DNA from: the human T2T-CHM13v2.0 reference genome, Homo sapiens
Length of the DNA: 64,000 nt
Direction: 5' to 3' (one strand)
Assembly (NCBI RefSeq): GCF_009914755.1
Contig: NC_060945.1
Below the pieces are notes generated by a model, which had not been told where the DNA came from, ran no database searches, and was given only the letters and a program-made list of their open reading frames with translations. Of the stretch, positions 12,100 to 25,780 are shown piece by piece (the first letter of the stretch is position 1; each line of letters begins with the position of its first letter). The translations under genes and the position numbers were made by a program.

Positions 12100-12574
12100 T
12101 GACAAAGAAAGCAGAAAATGGAGTTCCTGATGAGAAAAGAACTGTTCTGTGAGGAACACAAGTCCTTTTACATGATCGGGCACAGAGAGATGTGGAGAGG
12201 GGACAGGAGTCCTGTCCTTCTCCCTCTGAGCTGTGTGTTCATCTTCAGGAGCTGCGTGCGATGACCATGAGGAGCCACTAACTAACAAATCATGCCCACC
12301 GGATGCTGCAACCTGCACCACGTAGCTTAGCAGTGTTATTTCTGTGAGCCAGCGAGACTCCCGACAAGCAGCTTTGTGTCGGCCTGCTCCATGTCACCCT
12401 CTTTTGCCTTAAAAACCTGCCTATAATGAAGGCCAAAGAAAGCAAGCTCATGGCCGGGAAGCTCACAGCCAGGCGTACGTGGGTGTGAGTCTTCTGGGCT
12501 GCTGTCCTCACCCTGGCTCAAGTCAACTCTTTAAGTTAGACTTCATGCCTCAGCCTCTTCCTTTTAGGTGAACA
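12100..12574 (+). mobile_element. Old ERV1 (MER4-group-like) LTR
   Basis: TGACAAAG start and ...TTTTAGGTGAACA end with LTR-like internal layout. Subfamily uncertain. Confidence 0.45.
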
Positions 12575-12728
12575 CTGATGGGAATACAGGAAGGGCCCCC
12601 ATCCTTCCCTGTCTGAAGCTCAGACTCCGCATGAGAGGACTTCCCACTCCATCTCAGGATGGAGACAGCCTGCTGAGGATGCAGCTTTGTCCAATGAGGT
12701 CAGGAGGGCTGGTGGCAGCGTCTGTTAA

Positions 12729-13083
<355 letters not shown>

Positions 13084-13809
13084 TGGGACGGAATTTTAAG
13101 TGAACTGCGGCCCTTAGCTCATGAGCCCAGCTTCGGTGTCTGATGAAACGACACCGCAGGGATGGGGGAGAGGGGAAGATTCGCAGGTCACGCCGAAACC
13201 TCTGGTTAGCCCCGGCTTCCACATCCTTCCCAAAATCTTTAGCCCAAGTGCCGCACAGCCCCTTTTGCATGTCTTCCCCACTCCTTGGTGGCAGAGGCCC
13301 CTGTTGGTAAAGCAACAATAGAGAAGTGGAGAAGATAAAGAGCTGTGAAAACTGCCCCAGAGAAGCTGCAAGAAGCTTTGCTGGAATCAGGTTTTGCATC
13401 TCCGAATCGGAGCTCCATTTGTTGGGTCGGGGACCATGCTTAGTGGTTCAAGAACTGACAGAAGAGGTGTTTGCAAAATGCTTGTTGGGAGGATAAACAG
13501 CTAAAGGAAATTTTATCTGAGCCTGAGAACCGCCTGCACCAGCACAAAAGTAAAGCCCCAGCGCCCTCGGGCCAGGCCTGCTGGAAAAATTCCCATGTGT
13601 CAGCCCCAGGAAGACGTGGGCAAGATGAGGCGTATCCTGACCAACGCAGGAAATGGCCCTGCTCTTCTGCTGGCCCCTCTTCCACCATCGAGGCCGCTCA
13701 TCCAAGCGGCGGGAAGTAAGAGGGTCAACTTTTGCACGGCCATTGAGAGGTTTCCTGGAAACCTGGCTCTCTCCCCACCGTTGCCCCATGAGCATGGTGG
13801 TGACGAGCT

Positions 13810-13985
13810 TGGGCTCTGAGATCAGAAAGTCTCAAGTGTGAAACCTCAGTCTTCTTCCTTATTAGCTGTGAGACTTTGGGCAAATTACTTAACCTCTCTG
13901 AACCTTAGTTTCCTCAAACTGTAAAATGGGGCAAATGTTGGGTGACACTCAGCATAACGTCAGAAATAGTGCCCAATAAATGTTG
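13810..13985 (+). mobile_element. MIR
   Basis: TAGCTGTGAGACTTTGGGCAAATTACTTAACCTCTCTGAACCTTAGTTTCCTCAAACTGTAAAATGGGG core. Confidence 0.88.
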
Positions 13986-15573
13986 ATCTCATCGGCCCCA
14001 CAGCCCATTCCGCCACTCTCTTCTTTCTCTTCCTCCCCACAACCCAATTTCATCATTGCCTACAAACAGCCACAGGATAGAACTCGGGACAGTTCGGGAC
14101 AGCTCTGGACAGCCCAGAGGTTATTTACAAGTCTAAGAGCAATCAGTGTGTCCTGCCCAACTGCCCAGCTGTTTGAAAAGCACAGTAAGAAGCTGGTGCT
14201 GTCCATAAGCCACATAGCTTTCTAGGAATGACAGGGGTGTGGATTTACAAAGTCACTCTTGACCCTTTAAAATAACACAACTATTTTCTGCTCCCACCAT
14301 ATCTCAAGTGGCACCCAGATTGTGAGGCCTTCCATCCAGTGAGTAGTGTCAGCTGGAGAGGTGGTGACTGATTTAGGGCTCCGGTTTAGGGCTGAACCAG
14401 GGTCAGCTGCTTCTTTGTGTGTTGGTCCCCTTCTGCGGAAAGCAAAGGGATTGGACCAGATGATCGTGAAAGAACCTTCCGATGTTAAGATGTAGAGTTT
14501 CGATGGTTCCATGATAGAGAGGGATCACAGAAAAGCTCCACAAAGCTTAACCTCCCAGGGGGACAATTACAATAATGTGAAGTTAATGCTAACACAGGAT
14601 AGTTTGATGTGGGTGTGACGGCATAGGGAGGTCGGGGGCCTGGAGGCTTCTCAGACTCATTCTCAGCACCAGATGTGGCATCAGGAACAGCCTGAAGGGA
14701 GGCTAAGGGATCCCGCCCTCTCCCCAGCTCTGAAGATGCCTCCACAGTGAAGAAGAGACAGGGAGCCCCCAACTCTGCACTTTCACTGGCTACTCCCACA
14801 CTGCGGGGCAGGGGAGGAGGAAGACCCCAACACCTCCCACCACCGCTACAGACCCCGACCAAACGTCAGTTCTCACCTGCGCCACCGCCCCAACCACCCC
14901 TGAGAGCCATTAGGTGACAGTTGTGCTTCACCCGCAAAAGGTCTTCCTTTGCCAATTTTTGTCACAAGTTTTTGCATATTGTTTGCATAAATTTGCAGGT
15001 AGGATTCAAAAGGTCCTGATTCCAATTACACAAGAGAAAACACACTGACTGCAAGTGCAGTTGAAGAAGGTTCTCAGAAGGGCACGCTGGAACCGCTCCC
15101 CGGTGCCAGGAGAGGTGTTTGAACTACGTGCTGCTGGGGCGCCCAGACGGGCTTCCCCACGATCCAGGAAATCAGAGCTTTTGCAACGTTGGCTTGAAAT
15201 CGTGGCTAACAAGACAGAAAAGTGCTCTTCTCAACCCCAGGGGAAGACTGGGGAGGTGGGCGGGGCCCCAGGGCCCACTGATTCCATCCAAGAGGGGGCA
15301 TGGAAGGACAGCGGCGAGCCCACGTCTGGAGCTTCTCCCTCCTGTGAAAGGCAAACAGAATCCTGAGATGCCAAACTCACTGTTCCAAAGGGAAAGGGAA
15401 AGCTTGGAAATGGCGTCACGCAAAACCTGCCTCTCAGGAGAACCAGTCTGTTTCTGAACAGAGAGCTTGCAAGACGGCCGGCCATGTATCTCCCCGGGAG
15501 GCCTCCCGCACTCTGACAGTGTCGATGAGCAGCTGATCCTCGCGAGTGTGGGACAAAAGACTAGGGCTTGCTT

Positions 15574-15716
15574 TTATTTTTGTTCAGGGACACAGAGCCA
15601 ACACCACCAGCTACTAAAGGAATAAAACCACATCTTGCTTGTTTAAAGCAGTAAAGGAACAAAATTGCATAGGCCAGGAGGTGCTTTTGTGTCTCCAGCC
15701 GTGACTTCTGGTTAAA
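15574..15716 (-). repeat. Right arm of the ~144-bp inverted duplication
   Basis: Reverse complement of 10268-10411 with a 40-nt identical core. Confidence 0.93.
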
Positions 15717-15744
15717 CACTCGAGAAAAACACAGGCTTGGCTTT

Positions 15745-16112
15745 TTCTTCTTTTCTGTGTCTACTCTATCTGACGTCAGATGCAGGTTTGCTGAGTGCCA
15801 GGTGAGTGCCTAAAGGGCTGTTCCCCCACCTCCCCCTTTCACTTGCAACGTGCACTCAGTGCGTGCTAATTAAAGCCTCCCAGGAGCCTGACCACTGGCC
15901 TCATTGCCCACCCACCGTCTTCTCTCTCCCCCTTCCCCCTGCCCTCTCCTCTCCTCCTCTTTTAAATACTCAGCACCTCAAAATGCTCTCTGGAAAAGGC
16001 CTGGCCACAGGTCCTGCTGTGACTGGTGCCACTTTTTCCTGGGCAGATTCTCAACCTTGGCATCATAACCCTCTAAGCTGACTGAGACCTGGCTCAGACA
16101 CTTTCAGTTTTG
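15745..16112 (+). mobile_element. MER4-group LTR, 3' part
   Basis: AACCTTGGCA...CTGACTGAGACCTGGCTCAGACACTTT resembles the MER4-family LTR end. Confidence 0.6.
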
Positions 16113-16345
16113 TGCTCCAAACACTGAGTGGTAACTTTACCCAGAAGTTCTTAGATTTTCAGCCACTCAAGCCAGGCTCTGATTTCCAAAATAAGTCCAG
16201 ATCTAGAACAGTTTGGGGAATGAAGGGATCTGGCTGAGAGATGGGAGTTGGAACAGTTGCGACACCGTCAGCCTCACATGAACAGAAACAAATTACTCAA
16301 ACAAGAGAAGAGCAAGGCCCAACTGGAAAAGCATGTGGGTGAGTC

Positions 16346-16778
16346 TGCAAACCAAAAAAGTACCCGACCCAGGCCTCGATCAATGGAGAAGTTTATTTTG
16401 CCAAGGCTAAGGATGCACCCAGGAGACAGGTCTGTGCCTCTCTCCCAAGATGATGTTGAAGGCTTCAGTCAAGGGGAAAAGCCGGCTGGAGGGGGCAGAG
16501 GGAGGAGGGTGTGGTCACATGACTGATTGCTCCATGCTGCAGGAGAAAAGGAGCAGGTGGGAACAGTCAGTTACCTGTTTATCTCGTGCTCAGTAAATTG
16601 GCACTTTCCATGAGATAAGGGGCACACAGAGCAGCCACTAGTGGAGATGCTGACCCTCTCATCTGCAGCTGTCTGCTTAGGGCAAAGGGAAAGGCAGCTT
16701 CCTGCAGGACTCAGCTTTCAGCTTTTTTCTTCTTGGTTGAGTGAATTGGGGTGTCGAGTTTTTAATCTTCCTTTCACA
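16346..16778 (-). mobile_element. MER4A-like solo LTR
   Basis: Minus strand begins TGTGAAAGGAAGATTAAAA and ends CCTTGGCAAAATAAACTT...TTTTTTGGTTTGCA, like MER4 LTR termini. Confidence 0.72.
16392..16397 (-). terminator. TSPEAR: Candidate distal poly(A) signal of TSPEAR (AATAAA)
   Basis: TTTATT on plus, about 1.87 kb past the stop codon, inside the MER4-like LTR. Confidence 0.6.
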
Positions 16779-17024
16779 GGTGCTGACCCAATGAGGCCAA
16801 TCATGTGTGATTGGGACCTTCTGAGTGACTTGGTGGAAAGCAGGGCCCAACCCTCCTGCCCAGGACGCTTGGGAAAGCCTTGCTGGCTGGACGGAGGGGA
16901 AGGAGGCTCTCGGCGACTGCCCCCAGAGGGGAGTGGCTCTCCACTGGCCACAGCGATGGCTGGAGTGAGACCTGAGCCCCGGAAAAACACGAAGGTCCCA
17001 AAGCCGGCAAAAGTAGACACTGAG

Positions 17025-17030
17025 TTTATT
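17025..17030 (-). terminator. TSPEAR: Candidate proximal poly(A) signal of TSPEAR (AATAAA)
   Basis: TTTATT on plus, about 1.24 kb past the stop codon. Confidence 0.5.
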
Positions 17031-18265
17031 ATTTGCCAGACAAGGGGAGGCTTCCATTTCATTACGAAAGGTCAGGAGTGCTCTCTGAGCTGAAGGTGAA
17101 CAGACAGCTGCGGTGTAGGAAATAGGAAGTTTTGTCCACAGTTCTGATTGGCGGAAAAAGCACATTGTAAACTCTCTGAGGATCGCTCCTGTTCCGATTT
17201 GTGTTGCAGAAGCAGGAGCACCGTTCCTGGAAGACCGTGGCAGGTGTGGTCTGGGCTGCGTGGCCCCGGAGCCTGCTGTCTGAGCCTCTTCTCATGGAGT
17301 GGGGGTGGTTTCTCTGGCACCTACATGGGTTAAGAGGGAGGACCCCTGGGGCCTTGCGCCCATCACCCCCTCTCATCCTCACTGCCTGTGACGGACAGAC
17401 AAGCAGCTCTCCCAGCTGCAGAGACAAGATGACCACAGGAGAGCCAGCAGAGGATGCTGTTACCAGGGAGCTAGGACAGCCAGCACACAGGCAGACGGAG
17501 GCACGCAGCCTGAGTCCCAGTCAGCTGGAGGACATGTGATTAAAATGCTGCTGAATAGGGAAAAAATCCCGGGCCCAGAAGTTGAGGTCCCTGTGGGTGG
17601 GGCCGTGGGGAGGGGGTGCGACCCAGGCCATGCCCAGGCTTGTGATTTCTGACCTCGCGCTAGTGCATTTACGGGTAAACTGAGGCTGGGAGGGAAGCCT
17701 CTCTCTGTATGGGGAGGTGGTCCTCTGTCCGTGTCCGTGGTGAGGGGCTGTGCCCACCCGCTGCCTAGAGAGGAGCACCGGTGCTTTTGTAAAGAGCAGT
17801 ATAAATACACTTCCGTTCAGATAAAACACAATAAATAGGTGGCGGCAATGGCGGGACGGCACCACACCTGCTCAGGCGGCCGGACGCACACTGCAGGAGT
17901 GGCTGGCGAGAGGCCAGCCGCAGGGACATGAACCGAGGTCCTGTTGTTTGAGGTAAAAATGTATAGAAACGGTTCCTTGACAGCGAAATCCCCGCTTGAC
18001 ACTCAGATGGGCGAGCACTGGCAGGGGCTCTGGGCCTCTGCCTGCAAGACCAGACCGTCACTGGGGCTGTGGCTCAGAAGGACTCAGAGGTGGATGGATG
18101 TCCCTGCCCGAACCAGGGCCGCAGATGGCCCCACCTGCACCCTGCCTGATGCCCAGGCCCGGGATGCCCTAGGCTGGGCCCACCTGGACGTCCAGGGTCA
18201 GTTGGGGGAGGTGCTGGGGTCCCGCCCCACCTGGCCACCCCAGTTGCTGCCGGGCAGCCGCGGCC

Positions 18266-18445
<180 letters not shown>

Positions 18446-19179
18446 TCAGCCTGGGCTCTGCGGGGCAGCTCCTCTCCCCCGGCTCCCACCCGCGCTGTCA
18501 GGGACCCAGCAGCTCTGGGTCACATCTGAGCCTCTTCCATCCCCCCGACTGGCACAGCGTGGGGAGATCGATTCTGGGCCATGAGGGCCTTCTCATCTTG
18601 CAAAGCAGGAGGCTGAGGCCCAGAAGAGGAAAGATTCCAGATCTCACCAAGATCCCAGCGCTACCTCCTATCCACCCAAGATCCTAACCCCGGGGACCCC
18701 CAAACGTGCAGTTCCGAGGGTCGGCCTCAATCGTGAGGTGCGTGACTTTCCCCAGGGCCCCCCTCAAACACACGCAGGCCACCACGCAGGCTGGAACCCC
18801 TCCGTCCTCAGATACAGGAGCCCAGCTCTCTGCCCGCTGCTCTGCGGCCCCACGTCAGGGGCTGCCCCAGGCCCTCATTCTTGCTCTGGGCGGCTGCTGG
18901 CCGCCAGGGTTTGCCTTCAAAAGGACTCATTTATCCCAGGAGCTTCCATTTCCGAGGCGTGGAGTCCCCAAGGCAGGGCGCCGACATCAAAGGGCACGAG
19001 TTGTTTACATTTAATATTAAATAATAAAGTATGAAAATAAATTCTTCCAGACTGCTTTCTGGAAAAACCGTGGTGGCTTCTGCTCTCACGGGAAAGGGCA
19101 GGGTGGGGTCCCCCTGGGATCCCCCAACCCACTCCACTGCCCATCTTTAACACACTTCCAAACAAATGGGGGAGAACCT

Positions 19180-19650
19180 GGCAGGGTTTTGCTTTGAGGA
19201 CAAATCCCTTATAATGTTTATTCACACTGTTCATCTTTTCTTCTAAAAATTCATATTTATATCTTTTGTCCATTTTTCCAAATTTAAAGACACATTTTTT
19301 ATTAGTTTGTAAGGGTTGGTTTTCTGTCGTGTGTGTGGTAAAGAGTTTGTCTTTTGCTTTTGAATAGGATGTCTGTTTCCATAGAAAGCTTTTAACACAG
19401 GTGGTCGACCCAGTGCCTTTCCTTCTGGGCTTGTCTTCTTCATAGAACCCTGAGGTTATACAACTGCCTTCAGCTTTTCTTCTTTTTCACATTTGGACTT
19501 TTAATCCATATAACATTTATTTTTGTGTACAATGTGAAGTGGGGGTAAGCTTTGTTTTCTTCCAGATTACATGAAGCTAATCTCCCGAATCATATGGAGT
19601 TATCAAGTAAAACCCATCCTTTTCTCATTGCCTTCAAATATAGCATTTAT
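19180..19650 (-). mobile_element. Ancient L1M fragment
   Basis: T-rich with TTTTAATCCAT...TTTATTTTTGTGTA resembling antisense L1 ORF2. Confidence 0.55.
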
Positions 19651-20274
<624 letters not shown>

Positions 20275-21150
20275 TTATTAAAAAGGTACCCAGGCCCAGA
20301 TGGCTTTATAACTGAATTTAACCCAGCTGTCAGAAATGAGAGAAAAAATCCTATTCTTCAGACTATCCCAGTCCACAGGTGCAGTTAGAAAGCCCTGCAG
20401 TGTGTATTTACTGTTAGGCTTCATTTTAAACTGGATAAAGTTAAGTCCCCAAAAGAAAACCACCGAGCAATCTAATTTCCTATTATAGATGCTAAAAGCT
20501 TAAAGACAGGCAATTGGAAGCCAGTGGCTTATTCAATAATTCTGCATCATCACCAAGTGGCATCGGGTCTAATAACGCGAGGAGATGTCTCACTATAAAT
20601 CATGACATCAACAGTAAACATAGTGGACCGCACCACGCACTCACAGATGCCAAAGGAGACCTCAGCCCTGGCCCGGATGGCCCACAGCCCATCAAACGGC
20701 CATGCTCAGATGTGCTCGTTAAATTAGAGCAAGGTGGGACAGCTGCCACTTCTGCCGCCATCCAAGATTGTTCTGGAATCTTTAGCTAGGGAAGCAAGCT
20801 ACATAATCAATTAGAACACTAGAAATCAAGGGGAAATGTTCTTTATTCTCAGAGGTAATTACATTCCTAAGTCCCCTGAGAATCTTTTTAAGAAAAGCTA
20901 TTAGAACTGATTGGTTAGGGGGCGAGAAAATGATTGTCATGATGAGCAGCTGCAAATGAAAGTTAAAAAGCCAACCCCATTCGTTAAACGTACGATACTT
21001 GGAAAACTCCTGGAAATAAATGAGAACACCACAGTGTCTATGAGAGAAAAATTAAATATCAACAACTCCCATGTTAGGATGTCCACACGCCGCATCCCTG
21101 ACAGAATCCAAAGGCAGAAGCACCAGCACTCGTGGGTTGTGGCTACACCC
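20275..21150 (+). mobile_element. Ancient L1M ORF2 fragment
   Basis: CCAGGCCCAGATGGCTTTATAACTGAATT (PGPDGF.TEF motif) followed by decayed L1-like sequence. Confidence 0.6.
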
Positions 21151-21277
21151 GGGGCAGGGCCCCAGCTCAGATCCCACACGGGTGCAGCCAGCGCCGGGCC
21201 ATCCACTGGGCCCAGCCAATCTCGGAAATGACACCTGACTTGGGACTCGCTGTGAGCCGGTGGCACCTGCGAGAGAA

Positions 21278-23160
21278 GGTGAGCCCCCGGGGGGAAGCAA
21301 GGCTCTGGGAGGAGGCCGGCCTCGGTGAGCCCTTGGGGGGAAGCAAGGCTCTGGGAGGAGGCCGGCCTCGGTGAGCCCTCGGGGAAGTAAGGCGCTGGGA
21401 GGAAGCCGGCCTCGGTGAGCCCTCGGGGGGAAGCAAGGCTCTGGGAGGAAGCTGGCCTCGGTGAGCCCTCAGGGGGAAGCAAGACTCTGGGAGGAGGCCG
21501 GCCTCGGTGAGTCCTCGGGGGGAAGCAAGGCTCTGGGAGGAGGCCGGCCTCGGTGAGCCCTTGGGTGGAAGCCGGCCTTGGTGAGCCCACAGGGGGGAAG
21601 CAAGGCGCTGGGAGGAGGCCGGCCTTGGTGAGCCCACGGGGGGAAGCAGTGTGCTGGGAGGAAGCTGGCCTCGGTGAGCCCTCGGGGGGAAGCAAGGCTC
21701 TGGGAGGAGGCCGGCCTTGGTGAGCCCTCGGGGGGAAGCAAGGCTCTGGGAGGAAGCCGGCCTCGGTGAGCCCTCGGCGGGAAGCAAGGCTCTGGGAGGA
21801 GGCCGGAGTTGGTGAGCCCTCGGGGGGAAGCAAGGCTCTGGGAGGAAGCCGGCCTCGGTGAGCCCTCGGGGGGAAGAAAGGCTCTGGGAGGAGGCCGGCC
21901 TTGGTGAGCCCTTGGGGGGAAGCCGGCCTTGGTGAGCCCACAGGGGGGAAGCAATGTGCTGGGAGGAAGCTGGCCTCGGTGAGCCCTCAGGGGGAAGCAA
22001 GGCGCTGGGAGGAGGCCGGCCTTGGTGAGCCCTTGGGGGGAAGCCGGCCTTGGTGAGCCCACAGCGGGGAAGCAAGGCTCTGGGAGGAAGCCGGCCTCGG
22101 TGAGCCCTCGGCGGGAAGCAAGGCTCTGGGAGGAGGCCGGAGTTGGTGAGCCCTCGGGGGGAAGCAAGGCTCTGGGAGGAATCTGGCCTCGGTGAGCCCT
22201 CGGGGGGAAGCAAGGCGCTGGGAGGAGGCCGGCCTTGGTGAGCCCTTGGGGGGAAGCCGGCCTTGGTGAGCCCACAGGGGGGAAGCAATGTGCTGGGAGG
22301 AAGCTGGCCTCGGTGAGCCCTCGGCGGGAAGCAAGGCTCTGGGAGGAGGCCGGAGTTGGTGAGCCCTCGGCGGGGAAGCAAGGCTCTGGGAGGAAGCCGG
22401 CCTCGGTGAGCCCTCAGCAGGAAGCAAGGCTCTGGGAGGAAGTTGGCCTCGGTGAGCCCTTGGGGGGAAGCTGGCCTTGGTGAGCCCACAGTGGGGAAGC
22501 AAGGCTCTGGGAGGAAGCCGGCCTCAGTGAGCCCACAGTGGGGAAGCAAGTCTCTTGGAGGAGGCCGGCCTTGGTGAGCCCACAGTGGGGAAGCAAGACT
22601 CTGGGAGGAAGCCGGCCTCGGTGAGCCCTCGGGGGGTAGCTGGCCTCGGTGAGCCCTCAGGGGGAAGCAGGGCTCTGGGAGGAAGCCGGCCTCGGTGAGC
22701 CCTTAGGGGGAAGCAAGGCACTGGGAGGAAGCTGGCCTCGGTGAGCCCTCGGGGGAAGCAAGTCTCTTGGAGGAAGCTGGCCTCGGTGAGCCCTCGGGGG
22801 AAGCAAGGCTCTGGGAGGAAGCTGGCCTCAGTGAGCCCACAGTGGGGAAGCAAGGCTCTTGGAGGAGGCCGGCCTCGGTGAGCCCACAGTGGGGAAGCAA
22901 GGCTCTGGGAGGAGGCCGGCCTCGGTGAGCCCACAGTGGGGAAGCAAGTCTCTTGGAGGAGGCCGGCCTCGGTGAGCCCACAGTGGGGAAGCAAGTCTCT
23001 TGGAGGAGGCCGGCCTCGGTGAGCCCACAGTGGGGAAGCAAGTCTCTTGGAGGAGGCCGGCCTCGGTGAGCCCACAGTGGGGAAGCAAGTCTCTTGGAGG
23101 AGGCCGGCCTCGGTGAGCCCACAGTGGGGAAGCAAGGCTCTGGGAGGAGGCCGGCCTCGG
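21278..23160. repeat. 1.9-kb GC-rich VNTR, 46-47 bp units with interspersed ~29 bp short units
   Basis: GGTGAGCCCTCGGGGGGAAGCAAGGCTCTGGGAGGAGGCCGGCCTC repeated roughly 40-45 times. Confidence 0.98.
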
Positions 23161-23170
23161 CAGCTCATTA

Positions 23171-23296
<126 letters not shown>

Positions 23297-23438
23297 TTAG
23301 GACACAACAGACATCGCCAGGGAACTGGGGGATTGGCCAGAAGCTACCTCCAAAATTTATAGAGGAGGAGCCGGGGCCAAAGTGGGGAGTGATTTTCTCA
23401 CAGTCACATATGTGTTGGTCTATTCCAGGAAAATGTAA

Positions 23439-24270
<832 letters not shown>

Positions 24271-25339
24271 AAAGTCCACTTTTAAGAGGTTGAAACAATC
24301 AGAGAAAAAGTCTCAGGCTGCTGGTGCCTGCTGGAGGCAGGAGCTTGGTTTCCCGCTCTGGACACTGTGCAGAAATGGCGTCACAGTGCTGTGGCCTCTG
24401 TGCCTGGTTTCTTCTCTCAGCATTGTGTCTTCAGCTGTGAGGTCAGCGGCCGTGAGGTCACTCCAGGAGGTGCCTACAGGACCTGCAGGACCTGCTCGTT
24501 CACAGATGTTCTCCTAGAAGCAGAAGCTGTTTCTTGTTGCAAACAAATTTGCTGTGTCCTGTCTTAGGAGTCTCACCTGAATTTACCAAGGATGCATCTG
24601 TGCTTGGGGATGGCTCGGTTTGAGGGGTCTGAGGAGCGGCTCCCCTGGATCCTTTCCTCCCCAGGAGCCCACCTGCCGAGCTGTCAGCGTCAGCCCCACA
24701 TCTCAAGATGAGGAAATGGAGGTCGAAGCCATGCACACGCAGGCGTCCTGCTGACATGCAGGCCAGGCGGGTGCCTCTGTATTCAGCAGCCTCAGGGCTG
24801 TGGCCAGTTCAGGCAGCAGAGGGGCCTCATCCCGGTGCTTCCCTGCAGGCAGTTGTGGGGCCGGCCTGCAGCAGGGGCTCAGACAGGGCCTTGGGAGAGG
24901 GAGGGATCACAGAGGTGTCCAGTGACAGGCAGGGCGGGCAGAGCCCATGGGGCCTTGGGCTCCTCACTCCTTCGGTCAGTCAGGGTGACATCTGGAGCCA
25001 CCTCCATTAATGGTGGGTTATGATTTGGTTCCCATGCAGCCCGTGCCAGCTCGCTGGGAGGAGGACGAGGACGCCTGTGATCACATGCTCTGGTCTGGAG
25101 GCACGGCCGCGGGCCCCGGGTCAGTGTGAATCCGCGGGGTTACTCCTCAGTCGGATCTGAGCTCTGAAACCCAGACCCGAGGAAGACAAGCGGCCACGTC
25201 GGATGTACCAGTGGTGGAAGATCCTGTCCGGCTGCACCGAGGCTCACATCAGAAGCCGGCTTCGGTTTCACCACAAAATAAGGCATCTAGTGCCCGATTC
25301 TGCCTCCAAAGCAGCCCTGGGTCACACTCGCTGTAGGAC

Positions 25340-25780
25340 AGATGTTATTCTTCAGAATCACGCCCTCTGGCAAATGCCCATCATCGGACAAATGGACGGA
25401 TGAAGTGTGACTCAGCCATGAGAAGGGGGATGCTCTGAGCCGCGCGGCCACACCACCAACCCGGAGGACACGGTGCTGCGAGAAAAAGCCAGGTACAGAG
25501 GCCACGGCTCTACGAGTCCATTTCTGTGCAGTGTCCAGAACGGGAAATCACAGAGACAGGAAGTGGGCCCGGGGGTGCCCAGTTGGGAGGGAGGGGCTGG
25601 AAAAGGGTGTGGGGGGCTCCTTGTGAGGGGATGAGAATGTTCCAGAGTTGTCTGCAGCCATGGCTGCACATATCTGTGGATTTAATAGAACTACTGAATC
25701 TAAAAAGCAAACACAAGCGACCATTTGAAGGCAGTCAGAGCCAAGGTTACACACAGAAGCCACAAAACCCCTCAGCGCCC
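25340..25780 (+). mobile_element. Ancient L1M 3' fragment
   Basis: AAATGCCCATCA...AAATGGAC...CCATTTCTGTGCAGTGTCCAGAACGGG resembles an L1M 3' end. Confidence 0.55.

Noticed and set aside
21278-23160. PRDM9 13-mer hotspot motif in the VNTR
   Set aside because: CCTCCTCCCAGAG fits CCNCCNTNNCCNC only in its first part.
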